Assembly (NCBI RefSeq): GCF_002803295.2
Contig: NZ_PGGB02000003.1
Span: 90,210-122,209 of the forward strand
DNA from: Caedibacter taeniospiralis
GTDB lineage: Bacteria; Pseudomonadota; Gammaproteobacteria; Francisellales; Francisellaceae
Direction: 5' to 3'
DNA length: 32,000 nucleotides
Position numbers and translations under genes: made by a program. The notes below the pieces were generated by a model. That model was not told the origin of the DNA and ran no database searches. It was given only the letters and a program-made list of their open reading frames with translations. Positions 16,778 through 26,412 of the stretch are shown piece by piece. Positions within the stretch are counted from its first letter, which is position 1; every line of letters starts with the position of its first letter.

Positions 16778-17430
16778 TATTTTTTATCCTGTAGATATTG
16801 CTTGTATTCCCCTAGCTTTTGCTCAAACTCAGACAACCACTGTGCATCGACAAACGCTTTAATAATCCGTTTGACTTCATATCGCGCCTCGGTAGCCTGA
16901 GAGCTTTGTTTTAGTTTGTACAAAAAGCCAAGCTCAACCACTTTATTGATATGCTTTTCGATTTGATCCGTAAGCTTCACCTCATTGCTTGATTCGGGTA
17001 AAAACACCTTCAAAAGTTCGACGATTTCAGCTCTGGTCAATACCAATCGCGTATCCGATCCAGAGGCATCAAATTCAGCGAGCTTCTTTCTGAGCAGGGC
17101 TAACAACAGGCTCACAGGGAAAGACAGTGGTCTTCTAGCAAATAATCTAAGCTCTGAGGCACTATTATTGTGATCAGTTTCTTCGCCATCTATCGGCATC
17201 TGTTTTGCGCGTAAAAAGGCGTAGCCTTCAGCTTCATCTAAAATAAGCTCAAGCGCAAGCACCTCAATGTAATCGCAAACCTGGGCATGCAAACGAATCA
17301 AAGCATTCCAACGCTTAGGATCCGTATCCTGATAAATCACGCCTTTAAGCAGGGAGATCACAATGGGTGATAACCCAACTGAACTGTCAGCGTTTTCTTC
17401 TAAATCTAAACTCAATTGATCACTGTTCAT
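16777..17430 (-). CDS. jetB: Wadjet JetB / MksE (DUF4194) kleisin-associated subunit, apparently intact
   Basis: 217-aa ORF with [55 protein letters not shown] and [11 protein letters not shown], typical of DUF4194. Confidence 0.8.
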   Translation of the reverse strand: MNSDQLSLDLEENADSSVGLSPIVISLLKGVIYQDTDPKRWNALIRLHAQVCDYIEVLALELILDEAEGYAFLRAKQMPIDGEETDHNNSASELRLFARRPLSFPVSLLLALLRKKLAEFDASGSDTRLVLTRAEIVELLKVFLPESSNEVKLTDQIEKHINKVVELGFLYKLKQSSQATEARYEVKRIIKAFVDAQWLSEFEQKLGEYKQYLQDKK

Positions 17431-17442
17431 CGTTATACTTCA

Positions 17443-17469
17443 TTTGATTTGATTTGATTTGATTGATTG
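17443..17469. repeat. pentanucleotide microsatellite (TTTGA)x4 followed by TTGATTG
   Basis: Read directly from the sequence. It fills most of the 40-nt spacer between the jetA stop (17471-17473) and the jetB start (17430). Confidence 0.7.
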
Positions 17470-17470
17470 T

Positions 17471-18926
17471 TTACTTAAAATACAATATGCGAGGAAATGT
17501 GGCGCTTCTTGTTACATGCGGCAGGTCTTTTGCCTCAACTTGCCAGCTAATCGTATCTTCCTTGCTTTCATCCACGATTACACTAAAGCGATCTTTATAC
17601 GTATCACTATCCATTTCCAGATAAGCCACAAGCTCAGCTAAACCCTGTGTTAATGGACGCAAGTTGCATAATTCCACTAAAGTGGCTTGCGACTTCCGCT
17701 GCAAATGCTTACGAATATGCTGGGCAATAGCCTGTTTATCGATAATGGTTTGTGAAAAAAAACGCTTGGATCAGCATCCTCAAGACCTTCTGTAATCTTG
17801 ATATTTGCAAGCTTAACTTTCAATGGCGGTCGATAAAGGGTGCGCTCCATGGGTAAATCAATGACAGCACTGGCAGAATCAATTAACATAAATGGGGTTG
17901 CTGCGTCAACGCTAAAAAAGCGCTCTCTATCGGATAACGCAGATGATTCAATACCATGAATAATCTCCATAATTCGTTTATTTTCCAGACATGCCTGATC
18001 ATCTAAAAAGCGGCGTAGTTGTGATGATAATTGTGCTACAGTTCGTTGTGTATGTTCTCCTGCCTCCAACCAATCGTAGTGGATGCGATTAGTGCGTCTA
18101 TCTGGATTCAGTGAAGCAACGGCTGATAACTTAAGTGTGTCATTGAGCATTTTACTAAAATCTTCCTGGCGACTTGGCGACATCAAAAAATCCCAAAATG
18201 CCTGGAAACTTGTGCCTTGATCAGAATCGGCAATGGCATCTCGTTCTCCCATAATACCCTCAAGCAGCTCTCCTTTTTTGCCACCCCATAAGGCAATTCG
18301 CTCGCGCACACTTCTATCTAAGAGTGCGAAAGTTATGCTCAACCTGACGAAAATCAGATAATAGCTCACGCGCTTGCTGACTAAATTGCATAAAGCGATC
18401 TTTAAGCGCAATATCATCTAACAGCGTCATATTGCCCTGCATGACTTGTGCAATCTCTGCATCGATTATCTGGCGCTGTTTCTTAAGCTCTTGCAATCTC
18501 ACTTCAGGGCCTATGGCACTGCCTTGAGTAATTTGTTTGAGTAGATCAAATAACATTAAAAGTCTGGACTCTGTGCCAACAAAACTGCGCTGCCCCAAAG
18601 AGGATAGCCACGAAATGGCTTTTTCAGTGGCAGGCATTAAATCAAAATAAGCCTCATCTGAATCCTGACGATAAAATCGCCGCCCAGTCATTCAAATAAT
18701 CACGAGCTGGTTTGGGAAAGCTTCGTTCTCCCAATCTTTCTCTTAACTCGAACAAAACGTCTTCAAGAGCTTCAATCAGATCAGCTTCAGCAACAACGCG
18801 GACGTTCTCAGCAATAAAGACACGATTCAAAAAGCTTGCAATTAAAGGGGCATGCGGACTGACCAATAAGCGCCAGGCAGGATGATTTTGACGAAGTGAT
18901 TCCAGGGTTTGATAATCAAGCTGCAT
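17471..18926 (-). pseudogene. jetA: jetA/mksB (DUF3375) broken by three frameshifts
   Basis: Four consecutive overlapping minus-strand ORFs (18654..18926, 18314..18691, 17677..18417, 17471..17704) together give a collinear ~490-aa DUF3375 protein: HPAWRLL, FVGTESRL, DFRQVEHNFRTL|DRSVRERIA, SDQGTSFQAFWDFL, QLRRFLDDQ, GLAELVAYL. Confidence 0.8.
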
Positions 18927-19040
18927 AAAGAATTTACCGCAATCTCTTAAAAAGAAAGTATTTCAAAAACAAATCGGCATTGTAACGCGTGCTGGCTAAC
19001 AGAAAAACCTGATTTTTTGTAACTGGCACAATTATTGTTT

Positions 19041-19145
19041 ATGCAACTGTATTTAGTTGCAATAAAAGCAAATCAACTAGGCACTTCAGTTAATGATTTC
19101 ATAAAATCAGCGATCAATAATCAACTCAACTCCAACATTCTGTAA
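19041..19145 (+). pseudogene. possible ribbon-helix-helix (CopG/Arc-type) protein remnant
   Basis: 34-codon ORF MQLYLVAIKANQLGTSVNDFIKSAINNQLNSNIL. It resembles the two helices of RHH antitoxins/regulators (...A...G.SvNdfI..ai) but lacks the N-terminal beta-strand. Weak call. Confidence 0.2.
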
Positions 19146-19246
19146 GTTAATGGCACTAAGTTAAGCTGTTTTTAGGACCACCCCATCTGCCGCTTCGCAT
19201 TGTCTTCTAGCTGCGCACAAAGCTTGCAGCGTTCAGCGTTGAGTGC

Positions 19247-19410
19247 ATAGGGATCTCAAATTTAATAAGATACCCATTTATTTTGACGGTAGTAGGGTGG
19301 ATAAGCCGAAGGCACATCCATCAATACTCAACCTATTTGCTTTTCTGCGTGGATGCGCCTTCGGCTTATCCACCCCACACTGAGGTACGTTATTAACCTG
19401 GAGATCCTAT
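19247..19410. repeat. REP-pair / MITE-like palindromic element (about 164 bp)
   Basis: The arms ATAGGGATCTC...GGGTGGATAAGCCGAAGGCACATCCA (19247-19320) and TGGATGCGCCTTCGGCTTATCCACCC...GAGATCCTAT (19350-19410) are inverted copies. Each arm contains a GTGGAT-N13-ATCCAC hairpin analogous to enterobacterial REP units. Confidence 0.7.
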
Positions 19411-19452
19411 AAAACAGTTAAACAGTAGCTGCACTCGTTCCTCCCCCATCTT

Positions 19453-19635
19453 CTAGCCCCCATCCAATGTTTTTGCCTCTTTTTTGTAAAAATCCTGGTA
19501 ATCGTGGTTTATCCAAAACTCAAAAAGGCTTTGCATAGCCTTGTACTTGACTTCACCTATCTCACCATTGCTCTGCTTGCCGCCAAAAGTTTTTATAGCA
19601 TGATTAAAATCCCTTGCAGAAGGGAAGAAGTCCAT
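19453..19635 (-). CDS. hypothetical small ORF (possibly a gene remnant)
   Basis: 60-aa ORF with no SD. The frame is open a further 25 codons upstream and runs into the rpiA start region. No family recognised. Confidence 0.2.
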   Translation of the reverse strand: MDFFPSARDFNHAIKTFGGKQSNGEIGEVKYKAMQSLFEFWINHDYQDFYKKEAKTLDGG

Positions 19636-19720
19636 ATATACCGCCCGTAAACCATTTTGTAATCGTTCCCGATTATGCCAAAATAACTCACCGCTAGAGT
19701 ATTTGGATATTTACATACCT

Positions 19721-20398
19721 ATGTTTTTCAGCAAAAAAACAGATCACAATGAGCTAAAAAAACTTGCTGCAAGGGCCGCACTTGAATACATCAAACCAGG
19801 CATGGTCGTTGGTGTTGGTACAGGATCAACCGTCAACTTTTTTATTGATGAATTAATTAAGATAAAATCCAAAATTGAGCTCACGGTCTCAAGCTCTGAA
19901 GGAAGCACTAAGCGCCTTAAAGCACATGGCTTTGAAGTCGTCGATTTGAATTACCCTGGCAAAGTAGACATCTATATTGATGGCGCTGATGAAGCGAATA
20001 AGCATCGCGAGCTTATCAAAGGAGGAGGAGCAGCTCTTACGCGTGAGAAAATTTGTCGTGTTGCCAGTGAAAAATTTGTTTGCATTATCGATCAAAGCAA
20101 GCTTGTGCCACAATTAGGCAGATTTCCTTTACCCGTTGAGGTCATTCCAATGGCCAGAAGCTATGTTGCCAAAGAACTAATAAGGATTGGGGGGCAGCCT
20201 GTTTATCGTGAGGGAGTTGTGACCGATAATGGCAATATCATCATTGATATTCATAATCTGATGATCGACAACCCATTAAAGCTTGAACAACAACTCAACC
20301 AAATTACAGGTGTTGTCTGTAATGGTCTGTTTGCGGTGAATCCTGCTGATGTGCTTCTGATCGCCAATGACAACGGAAAGATTGATACGATTTCATAA
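19721..20398 (+). CDS. rpiA: ribose-5-phosphate isomerase A
   Basis: [35 protein letters not shown] parallels E. coli RpiA, and [11 protein letters not shown] is also present. The ATG at 19721 is preferred over the TTG at 19703. Confidence 0.9.
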   Translation: MFFSKKTDHNELKKLAARAALEYIKPGMVVGVGTGSTVNFFIDELIKIKSKIELTVSSSEGSTKRLKAHGFEVVDLNYPGKVDIYIDGADEANKHRELIKGGGAALTREKICRVASEKFVCIIDQSKLVPQLGRFPLPVEVIPMARSYVAKELIRIGGQPVYREGVVTDNGNIIIDIHNLMIDNPLKLEQQLNQITGVVCNGLFAVNPADVLLIANDNGKIDTIS

Positions 20399-20570
20399 AA
20401 CATACCTATCATAGATCACGGCGTTGAAATTTATGCTTATGCTTAAGGTAGAAGATAGGACTCAATAAACTCTATCCATCGCTTTTTCTACCCATTTGTA
20501 ACTGTAAAACGCTCTACAAGTGAGATACAATCTCCACACTTTTAATCCCTTCCTTTGGAACAATAAACCA

Positions 20571-22142
20571 ATGAGAACCATTAAACGCGCTTTAATTAGC
20601 GTTTCTGACAAAACGGGAATTGTCGACTTTGCCAAACAGCTACATCAACTTCACATAGAGATTTTATCCACAGGGGGTACTGCCAAACTACTTATGGAAG
20701 CTGGAGTTCCCGTCATTGAAGTTTCTGACTACACGGGTTTTCCCGAGATGATGGGTGGACGAGTTAAGACATTACACCCTAAAATTCATGGAGGTATTCT
20801 GGGGCGCCGCGATCGTGATCGAGAAATTATGCAAAAACACCAGATTCCTGAAATTGATCTGATCATTGTTAATCTTTATCCTTTTAAGCAAACAGTTGAG
20901 AAGCCGAATGTAAGCTTTGCTGAAACGATTGAAAATATCGACATTGGAGGTCCTGCGATGCTGCGTTCAGCTGCGAAAAATCATCAGGATGTTGCGGTTA
21001 TTTGCGACCCTAACGATTACGCTGAAATCATACAGAAACTAAACCACACCCAGGGTGCTTTAGACTTCGCAACGCGGTTTCGGCTGGCTTGTAAGGTCTT
21101 TGAACACACTGCACACTATGATGGCATGATTGCTAACCATCTTGGCGCATTCAATCCAGAAACTGGTAATAAAGGGCAACGATTTGCCAATACTATTAAT
21201 TTGCAATATACGAAGGCACAAGAAATGCGCTACGGTGAAAACCCGCATCAGCAGGCTGCACTTTATATTGAGCCAAACTATCCCAACGCATCGGTGGCAC
21301 GCGCCAAACAGCTGCAGGGCAAAGCGTTATCATATAACAATATTGCTGACACGGATGCAGCCCTGCAGTGCGTTAAAAGCTTTGATTTACCCGCTTGCGT
21401 TATTGTTAAACACGCCAATCCTTGCGGTGTTGCGATTGGGAGCTCCTTAAATAAAGCCTATCAAAAGGCTTTTCAAACCGACCCAACCTCTGCCTTTGGT
21501 AGCATTATTGCTTTTAATCAAGTACTTGACGGCATAACTGCTAAAGCAATTATCGATCAGCAGTTTGTTGAAGTAATTATCGCCCCTGAAGTGACGGCGG
21601 ATGCCTTGAAGGTTCTGGCCAATAAGCCTAATGTCCGCGTCCTTGCCTGCGGCTATGACAGAAAGCCAAATTTACCTGAGTTAGAACTGAAAAAAATTGA
21701 TGGAGGTCTTCTTGTGCAGGATAAAGATGTCCATCAGCTAAACGAGAATAAGCTTACTATCGTAACAAAGACAGCTCCTACTGTTAAGCAAGTACAAGAT
21801 CTGCTATTTGCCTGGAAAGTAGTTAAGTTTGTTAAATCAAATGCAATTGTCTATGCCAAAAACCATATGACCATTGGCATAGGGGCTGGACAAATGAGTC
21901 GAGTATTTAGCTCTAAAATTGCTCTTGAGAAGGCTCAGGATGCTAAGCTTAATGTTCACGATTCAGTGATGGCATCTGATGCTTTTTTCCCTTTTAGAGA
22001 TGGAGTGGATGCTGCGGCTAAATCAGGCATTAGCGCAATTATTCAACCAGGTGGCTCAATGCGCGATCAGGAAGTGATCGATGCAGCAAATGAGCATGGC
22101 ATTGTCATGGTATTTACAGGGGTGAGACATTTTAGGCATTGA
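20571..22142 (+). CDS. purH: bifunctional AICAR transformylase / IMP cyclohydrolase
   Basis: [39 protein letters not shown] and the C-terminus GVRHFRH. The ATG at 20571 is preferred over the GTG at 20520. Confidence 0.95.
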   Translation: MRTIKRALISVSDKTGIVDFAKQLHQLHIEILSTGGTAKLLMEAGVPVIEVSDYTGFPEMMGGRVKTLHPKIHGGILGRRDRDREIMQKHQIPEIDLIIVNLYPFKQTVEKPNVSFAETIENIDIGGPAMLRSAAKNHQDVAVICDPNDYAEIIQKLNHTQGALDFATRFRLACKVFEHTAHYDGMIANHLGAFNPETGNKGQRFANTINLQYTKAQEMRYGENPHQQAALYIEPNYPNASVARAKQLQGKALSYNNIADTDAALQCVKSFDLPACVIVKHANPCGVAIGSSLNKAYQKAFQTDPTSAFGSIIAFNQVLDGITAKAIIDQQFVEVIIAPEVTADALKVLANKPNVRVLACGYDRKPNLPELELKKIDGGLLVQDKDVHQLNENKLTIVTKTAPTVKQVQDLLFAWKVVKFVKSNAIVYAKNHMTIGIGAGQMSRVFSSKIALEKAQDAKLNVHDSVMASDAFFPFRDGVDAAAKSGISAIIQPGGSMRDQEVIDAANEHGIVMVFTGVRHFRH

Positions 22143-23484
22143 TATCCAGCGCATTCATTGCTTTTAGGATAATGACAGCTTCAGCCAGTTGCTTATCCTT
22201 TTGCAATAATTGCTGCATGGTTTGATACTCTTTTTTATATTTTGCCAGAGCTTCTTTGGTAGACTGATCCTTTTCTACACCACTATTTGATGCAATCGCA
22301 TGCTGGAAACTACTCTCTTCAAACTCAAAATCTGCCGTTTTATTTTCCTCTATAGCTTTACTTGCTTCTGTTATCAATACCCTTTCATCTTCCTCCACCA
22401 CCACATCTGGAATCACTCCCTTTGCCTGAATAGCTGTACCATTTGGGGTGTAATATCTTGCGGTCGTAAGTTTGACGGCGTTAGTCTCAGAAATAGGGAT
22501 AACAGTTTGCACCGACCCCTTGCCAAAAGTTTTAACCCCAACAAGCACCGCTCTGTGGTGATCTTGCAGTGCCCCTGCCACAATTTCAGATGCTGAAGCA
22601 GAGCCCTTATTCACCAGTACAACCATTGGTAAACCATGAATATAATCATCACTGACGACATAGCTTGTGATTGACTCATGGGGATTTCGCGACTTAGTGA
22701 ACACAATTTTCTTAGGGTTCCCAGGGCTGACTTGTAAAAAAGTATCACTCACCGCAACGGCCGCATCCAGTAAACCACCTGGATTATTGCGTAAATCGAG
22801 CACGTAACCTCTCAGCTTGGGGTTTTTATGCGCCAATTGATCAATGTTTTTCCTAAGCTCTTCTGCTGTATTTCCTTGAAACTGACTAATCCTTAAATAA
22901 CCATAATCCTCGGCAATAAGTTCAGAGTTGACCGAGTTCAATTTTACGTTCTCACGCACGAGCGATAATGTGATCGGCTTTGGTGCTTTAGGACGCAAGA
23001 TGGTAATTGAAACTTCCGTACCAGGTTTCCCGCGCATTTTTTTTACTGCTTCGTCTAACGTCATTCCCACAACGCTGACATCATCAATTTTAATAATATA
23101 ATCACCTGCTTTCACCCCTGCTCGATGCGCTGGCGTATCATCGATAGGGGAAATTACTTTGATCTTTTCATCAACTGAACTGACGTGCATTCCAAGACCT
23201 GCAAACTCGCCATGAATCGATAGCTGCAAATCGGCAAAATCCTCATCATCTAAGAAACGTGAATGCGGATCTAAAGATTGCAGCATGCCATCTATTGCTC
23301 CTTCTAAAATTTTCTCATCGCTTAACTCATCCACATATGCCTGCTTAACTAAGCCTATGCTACGGGATAATTTATCGATATGTTGTTGTGTTTCCTGATC
23401 TTGCATCTGACTCTCTTGAGCAAAAATTGATGTAGACGACAAGCTCAAAGTGAGCGCATATAGAAAATATTTAGATTTCATCAT
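22132..23484 (-). CDS. ctpA: S41-family carboxy-terminal processing peptidase
   Basis: Signal peptide, PDZ region (GDYIIKIDD) and S41 catalytic motifs [19 protein letters not shown] and TFGKGSVQ. The start at 23484 (MMKSKY) has GAGGT upstream. Its 3' end overlaps purH by 11 nt (convergent). Confidence 0.9.
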   Translation of the reverse strand: MMKSKYFLYALTLSLSSTSIFAQESQMQDQETQQHIDKLSRSIGLVKQAYVDELSDEKILEGAIDGMLQSLDPHSRFLDDEDFADLQLSIHGEFAGLGMHVSSVDEKIKVISPIDDTPAHRAGVKAGDYIIKIDDVSVVGMTLDEAVKKMRGKPGTEVSITILRPKAPKPITLSLVRENVKLNSVNSELIAEDYGYLRISQFQGNTAEELRKNIDQLAHKNPKLRGYVLDLRNNPGGLLDAAVAVSDTFLQVSPGNPKKIVFTKSRNPHESITSYVVSDDYIHGLPMVVLVNKGSASASEIVAGALQDHHRAVLVGVKTFGKGSVQTVIPISETNAVKLTTARYYTPNGTAIQAKGVIPDVVVEEDERVLITEASKAIEENKTADFEFEESSFQHAIASNSGVEKDQSTKEALAKYKKEYQTMQQLLQKDKQLAEAVIILKAMNALDINA

Positions 23485-23668
23485 AACCAGTACCTCATGT
23501 AGCTCCAAAAACATCCATTTGTAATATTATTCTGCCTCAAGTGTAGGAGCTATTTATAGAATTTCAAACTCATTGAGAGTGATAAAATTATATTAACTTT
23601 TCCGCAATTAATGCACACGGGATGATTCTATGACATACTACGCCGAAAAATTTGATGCTTAGTTTGTA

Positions 23669-24412
23669 ATGAAACACACAGGACTTTTTGAACGAACCGC
23701 TATCCTTGTCAATGATCGTGGTATTGATCAGTTAAAAAACGCACATATTCTCTTGGCTGGCATCGGGGGTGTTGGTTCTTTTGCCGCAGAAAGCTTAGCG
23801 CGCGCGGGTATTGGTAAAATAACGCTTATTGATCATGACGTGGTTTCAGCATCAAATCTGAATCGCCAATTAGTTGCGCTTAATTCAAATATTGGCATCA
23901 AAAAGGCGGTCATTATGCGTGAGCGTATTCTGGATATTAACCCTGATTGCAAGATTAATATTATTGACGATTTTGTCCGCAAAGAGGATATGGAACGGAT
24001 TTTTGATAAGCCATATGACTTTGTGATTGATGCCATTGACAGCCTGGCTTGCAAGGTCGCCCTTATTGCTTATGCACATGGTAAAGGTTATAAGGTCATT
24101 TCAAGCATGGGCGCAGGGGGAAAGCTTGATCCAACACAAATTAAAGTCGCTGATATTTATCAAACCAGCATTTGTAAGCTTGCCAAGTTTATACGCGTCC
24201 GTTTACGCAGACTCAAGATCAAAAAAGGTATCCTTGCCGTTTATTCAACAGAGAGCTCACTGCCTCCTTTGCCACCTGAACCTGTGGCAGGAAGTGGGCG
24301 TGACAGGGCAGTAAATGGAACGATAAGCTATATGCCTGCTTTATTTGGTTTAACCATAGCGGGCATGGTGATTAAACAAATCATTGCGGAAAATTTAAAT
24401 ATTAATAACTAA
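23669..24412 (+). CDS. tcdA: tRNA cyclic N6-threonylcarbamoyladenosine(37) synthase (ThiF/E1-like)
   Basis: 247-aa ThiF-family ORF with GIGGVGSFAAESLARAGIG...DHD.V..SNLNRQ. Size and motifs match TcdA/CsdL. Confidence 0.8.
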   Translation: MKHTGLFERTAILVNDRGIDQLKNAHILLAGIGGVGSFAAESLARAGIGKITLIDHDVVSASNLNRQLVALNSNIGIKKAVIMRERILDINPDCKINIIDDFVRKEDMERIFDKPYDFVIDAIDSLACKVALIAYAHGKGYKVISSMGAGGKLDPTQIKVADIYQTSICKLAKFIRVRLRRLKIKKGILAVYSTESSLPPLPPEPVAGSGRDRAVNGTISYMPALFGLTIAGMVIKQIIAENLNINN

Positions 24413-24650
24413 TCTAACTGAAGTTACGCGCTTTTGCTGGCTTTAAAGACTACCCCGTCAGCCTCACGCGCAGAGCTTGTGGCGTTCAAAGCTAAAGAAG
24501 CAAAACTGTTTGCTTCTTTCGGGCGCTTTTCACCCCCTTCGCGAACGAAGGGGAATTAACAAAAAGCTGCCAAACATTCCCCTTCACAAGTGAAGGGGTG
24601 CCAAGCCTGCGAGGCGGGGTAGTTCAGCAAAAGTGCATCTAACAGCAGCG
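24413..24650. repeat. composite palindromic intergenic repeat, copy 2 (between tcdA and pssA)
   Basis: CTACCCCG (24450-24457) / CGGGGTAG (24615-24622). Hairpins CCCCTTCG-CGAA-CGAAGGGG (24534-24553), CCCCTTCAC-AA-GTGAAGGGG (24579-24598) and AAAGAAGCAAA-ACTG-TTTGCTTCTTT (24494-24519). Outer GCGCTTTTGCTG / CAGCAAAAGTGC. Confidence 0.75.
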
Positions 24651-25412
24651 CTACTTCACACGACCTGGTTTACCCCTAAACAGGCGCGTAACCGCTCCAG
24701 ATAAAGCGTAAGTCATAAAAACTACAAACAGCGTAATGGAAGGATCGATAAAAATAATCGCTATGATAAAAACCACCAAAACGGTTTGGGTAAAAACCAT
24801 TTTTCCTTTTAAATCATAGTCCTTAAAACTTCTAAACTTAATGTTGCTCACCATCATGGCGGACAGATACAGCGTAATGACAGTCGCAAAAAAAGTGACC
24901 CACCCCTCTGCCGAAGAATGTCCAAGCGTGTTACAAAACCATACAAATCCAGCAATCGCCGCCGCAGCAGCAGGGCAGGGAATCCCCGTGAAGTATCGTT
25001 TACTCTCAGGGGTATTGTCATCAAGCTGTGTGTTAAAGCGCGCTAAACGTAACCCGACGCAAGCCAGATAAATAAATGCTACAGCCCAACCAAATTGTGC
25101 TAAGTGCTTTACTGCCCAAAAGTAGATAATCAAGGCAGGCGCTACACCAAAAGAAACCATGTCGGCTAATGAATCATATTCCGCGCCAAAAGCACTCTGT
25201 GTGTTTGTCAAGCGTGCCACACGCCCATCTAAAGAATCCATGATAGCCGCAATATAAATACACACTGATGCTAAAACAAAATGGCTATTAAATGCCGCGA
25301 TGATCGAATAAAATCCTGCAAATAAACTCGCTGAAGTAAATAAATTGGGCAATATATAAATGCCTCTGCTGCGTTGAGTTGCAGGGTTCTCTGGTGCTTG
25401 CTCATTTTTCAT
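24651..25412 (-). CDS. pssA: CDP-diacylglycerol--serine O-phosphatidyltransferase
   Basis: CDP-alcohol phosphatidyltransferase motif DGRVARLTNTQSAFGAEYDSLADMVSFG in a 253-aa polytopic membrane protein. Confidence 0.85.
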   Translation of the reverse strand: MKNEQAPENPATQRSRGIYILPNLFTSASLFAGFYSIIAAFNSHFVLASVCIYIAAIMDSLDGRVARLTNTQSAFGAEYDSLADMVSFGVAPALIIYFWAVKHLAQFGWAVAFIYLACVGLRLARFNTQLDDNTPESKRYFTGIPCPAAAAAIAGFVWFCNTLGHSSAEGWVTFFATVITLYLSAMMVSNIKFRSFKDYDLKGKMVFTQTVLVVFIIAIIFIDPSITLFVVFMTYALSGAVTRLFRGKPGRVK

Positions 25413-25422
25413 ATGACTTCCT

Positions 25423-26412
25423 TTATATCTTGGACTCTTTTGCTTCTTGATTATCTTGTGATTTCTTCAGCTTGGTCTGTTTAAGTAACTTTGGCAATGG
25501 GAAAGTGACTTCTTCCTTTACTCCCTCAAAATCAACAACTCCCGCCGCTGGAAAATTAGCTTGCAAGAAGCTTACCACTTGTTGCACTAGATATTCTGGC
25601 GCTGAAGCCCCTGCAGTAATTCCACAACTCTTCTTGCCAACAAACCAGGTTAAATCAACATCATCTTTATTGTCAATCAGATAGGCATCCACGCCTTCTT
25701 TTTCAGCCAACTCACGTAAACGATTAGAATTTGAACTGTTTTTAGAGCCCACCACCAGCAGGATATCGACCTCCTTAGCCAGCTCTCTTATCGCATTTTG
25801 ACGGTTCTGAGTCGCATAGCAAATATCTTCTCTTTTGGGTGAACTGACTTCGGGATATTTTTCTTTTAAGGCATAAATAATATCTTTTGTTTCGTCAACC
25901 GAGAGCGTCGTTTGAGTCGCATAGATTAGTTGCTGCGGATTTTTTAGGTTCAAGGCATGTACATCAGCAACATTTTCGACTAAATAAATCTGGCTATATT
26001 TACTTCTATATTGCCCAAGAGTGCCTTCCACTTCGGGATGCCCCTTGTGCCCTATGAGCACACACTCAACACCTGTGCTACTTGCTTTTTGTACCTCTCT
26101 ATGTACCTTCGTCACCAGTGGACAGGTTGCGTCATATATCTTTAGCGCCTTACGCTTTGCCTCTTCTTCAATGGCTTGCGAAACACCGTGCGCACTAAAA
26201 ATACACACCGAACCATAGGGAACTTCATTTAGCTCTTTGACAAAGACCGCCCCTTTATCCTTTAAGTTCTCAACTACTGCTCGGTTATGAACGACTTCAT
26301 GACGCACGTAAACAGGATGAGGCTCTATCGCTAAAACCTTTTCAACGACATCAACCGCACGCGAAACGCCCGCACAAAAGCCTCGCGGGTTAGCTAAAAT
26401 GATCCTCATCAT
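25423..26412 (-). CDS. ispH: 4-hydroxy-3-methylbut-2-enyl diphosphate reductase
   Basis: ILANPRGFCAGVSRAV, VRHEVVHN, FSAHGVS, ATCPLVTKVH and GHKGHPEVEGT are near-identical in layout to E. coli IspH. It carries a Lys-rich C-terminal tail of about 20 aa. Confidence 0.95.
   Translation of the reverse strand: MMRIILANPRGFCAGVSRAVDVVEKVLAIEPHPVYVRHEVVHNRAVVENLKDKGAVFVKELNEVPYGSVCIFSAHGVSQAIEEEAKRKALKIYDATCPLVTKVHREVQKASSTGVECVLIGHKGHPEVEGTLGQYRSKYSQIYLVENVADVHALNLKNPQQLIYATQTTLSVDETKDIIYALKEKYPEVSSPKREDICYATQNRQNAIRELAKEVDILLVVGSKNSSNSNRLRELAEKEGVDAYLIDNKDDVDLTWFVGKKSCGITAGASAPEYLVQQVVSFLQANFPAAGVVDFEGVKEEVTFPLPKLLKQTKLKKSQDNQEAKESKI

Noticed and set aside
20440-20451. The 12-nt match TGCTTAAGGTAG between the rpiA-purH spacer and the outer arm of composite repeat copy 1 (10777-10788)
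   Set aside because: With about 400 possible 12-mers from the element (both strands) against 64 kb, roughly one chance match is expected. There is no extended similarity around it.
21060-21450. ORFs 21060..21248 (-) and 21130..21450 (+) inside purH, together with 23833..24314 inside tcdA and 25472..26218 inside ispH
   Set aside because: They are all embedded in genes with strong homology-based support in another frame or strand.
22132-22142. The 11-nt convergent overlap of the purH and ctpA 3' ends
   Set aside because: It is real in the sequence, but short tail-to-tail overlaps are common in compact genomes and need no special explanation.
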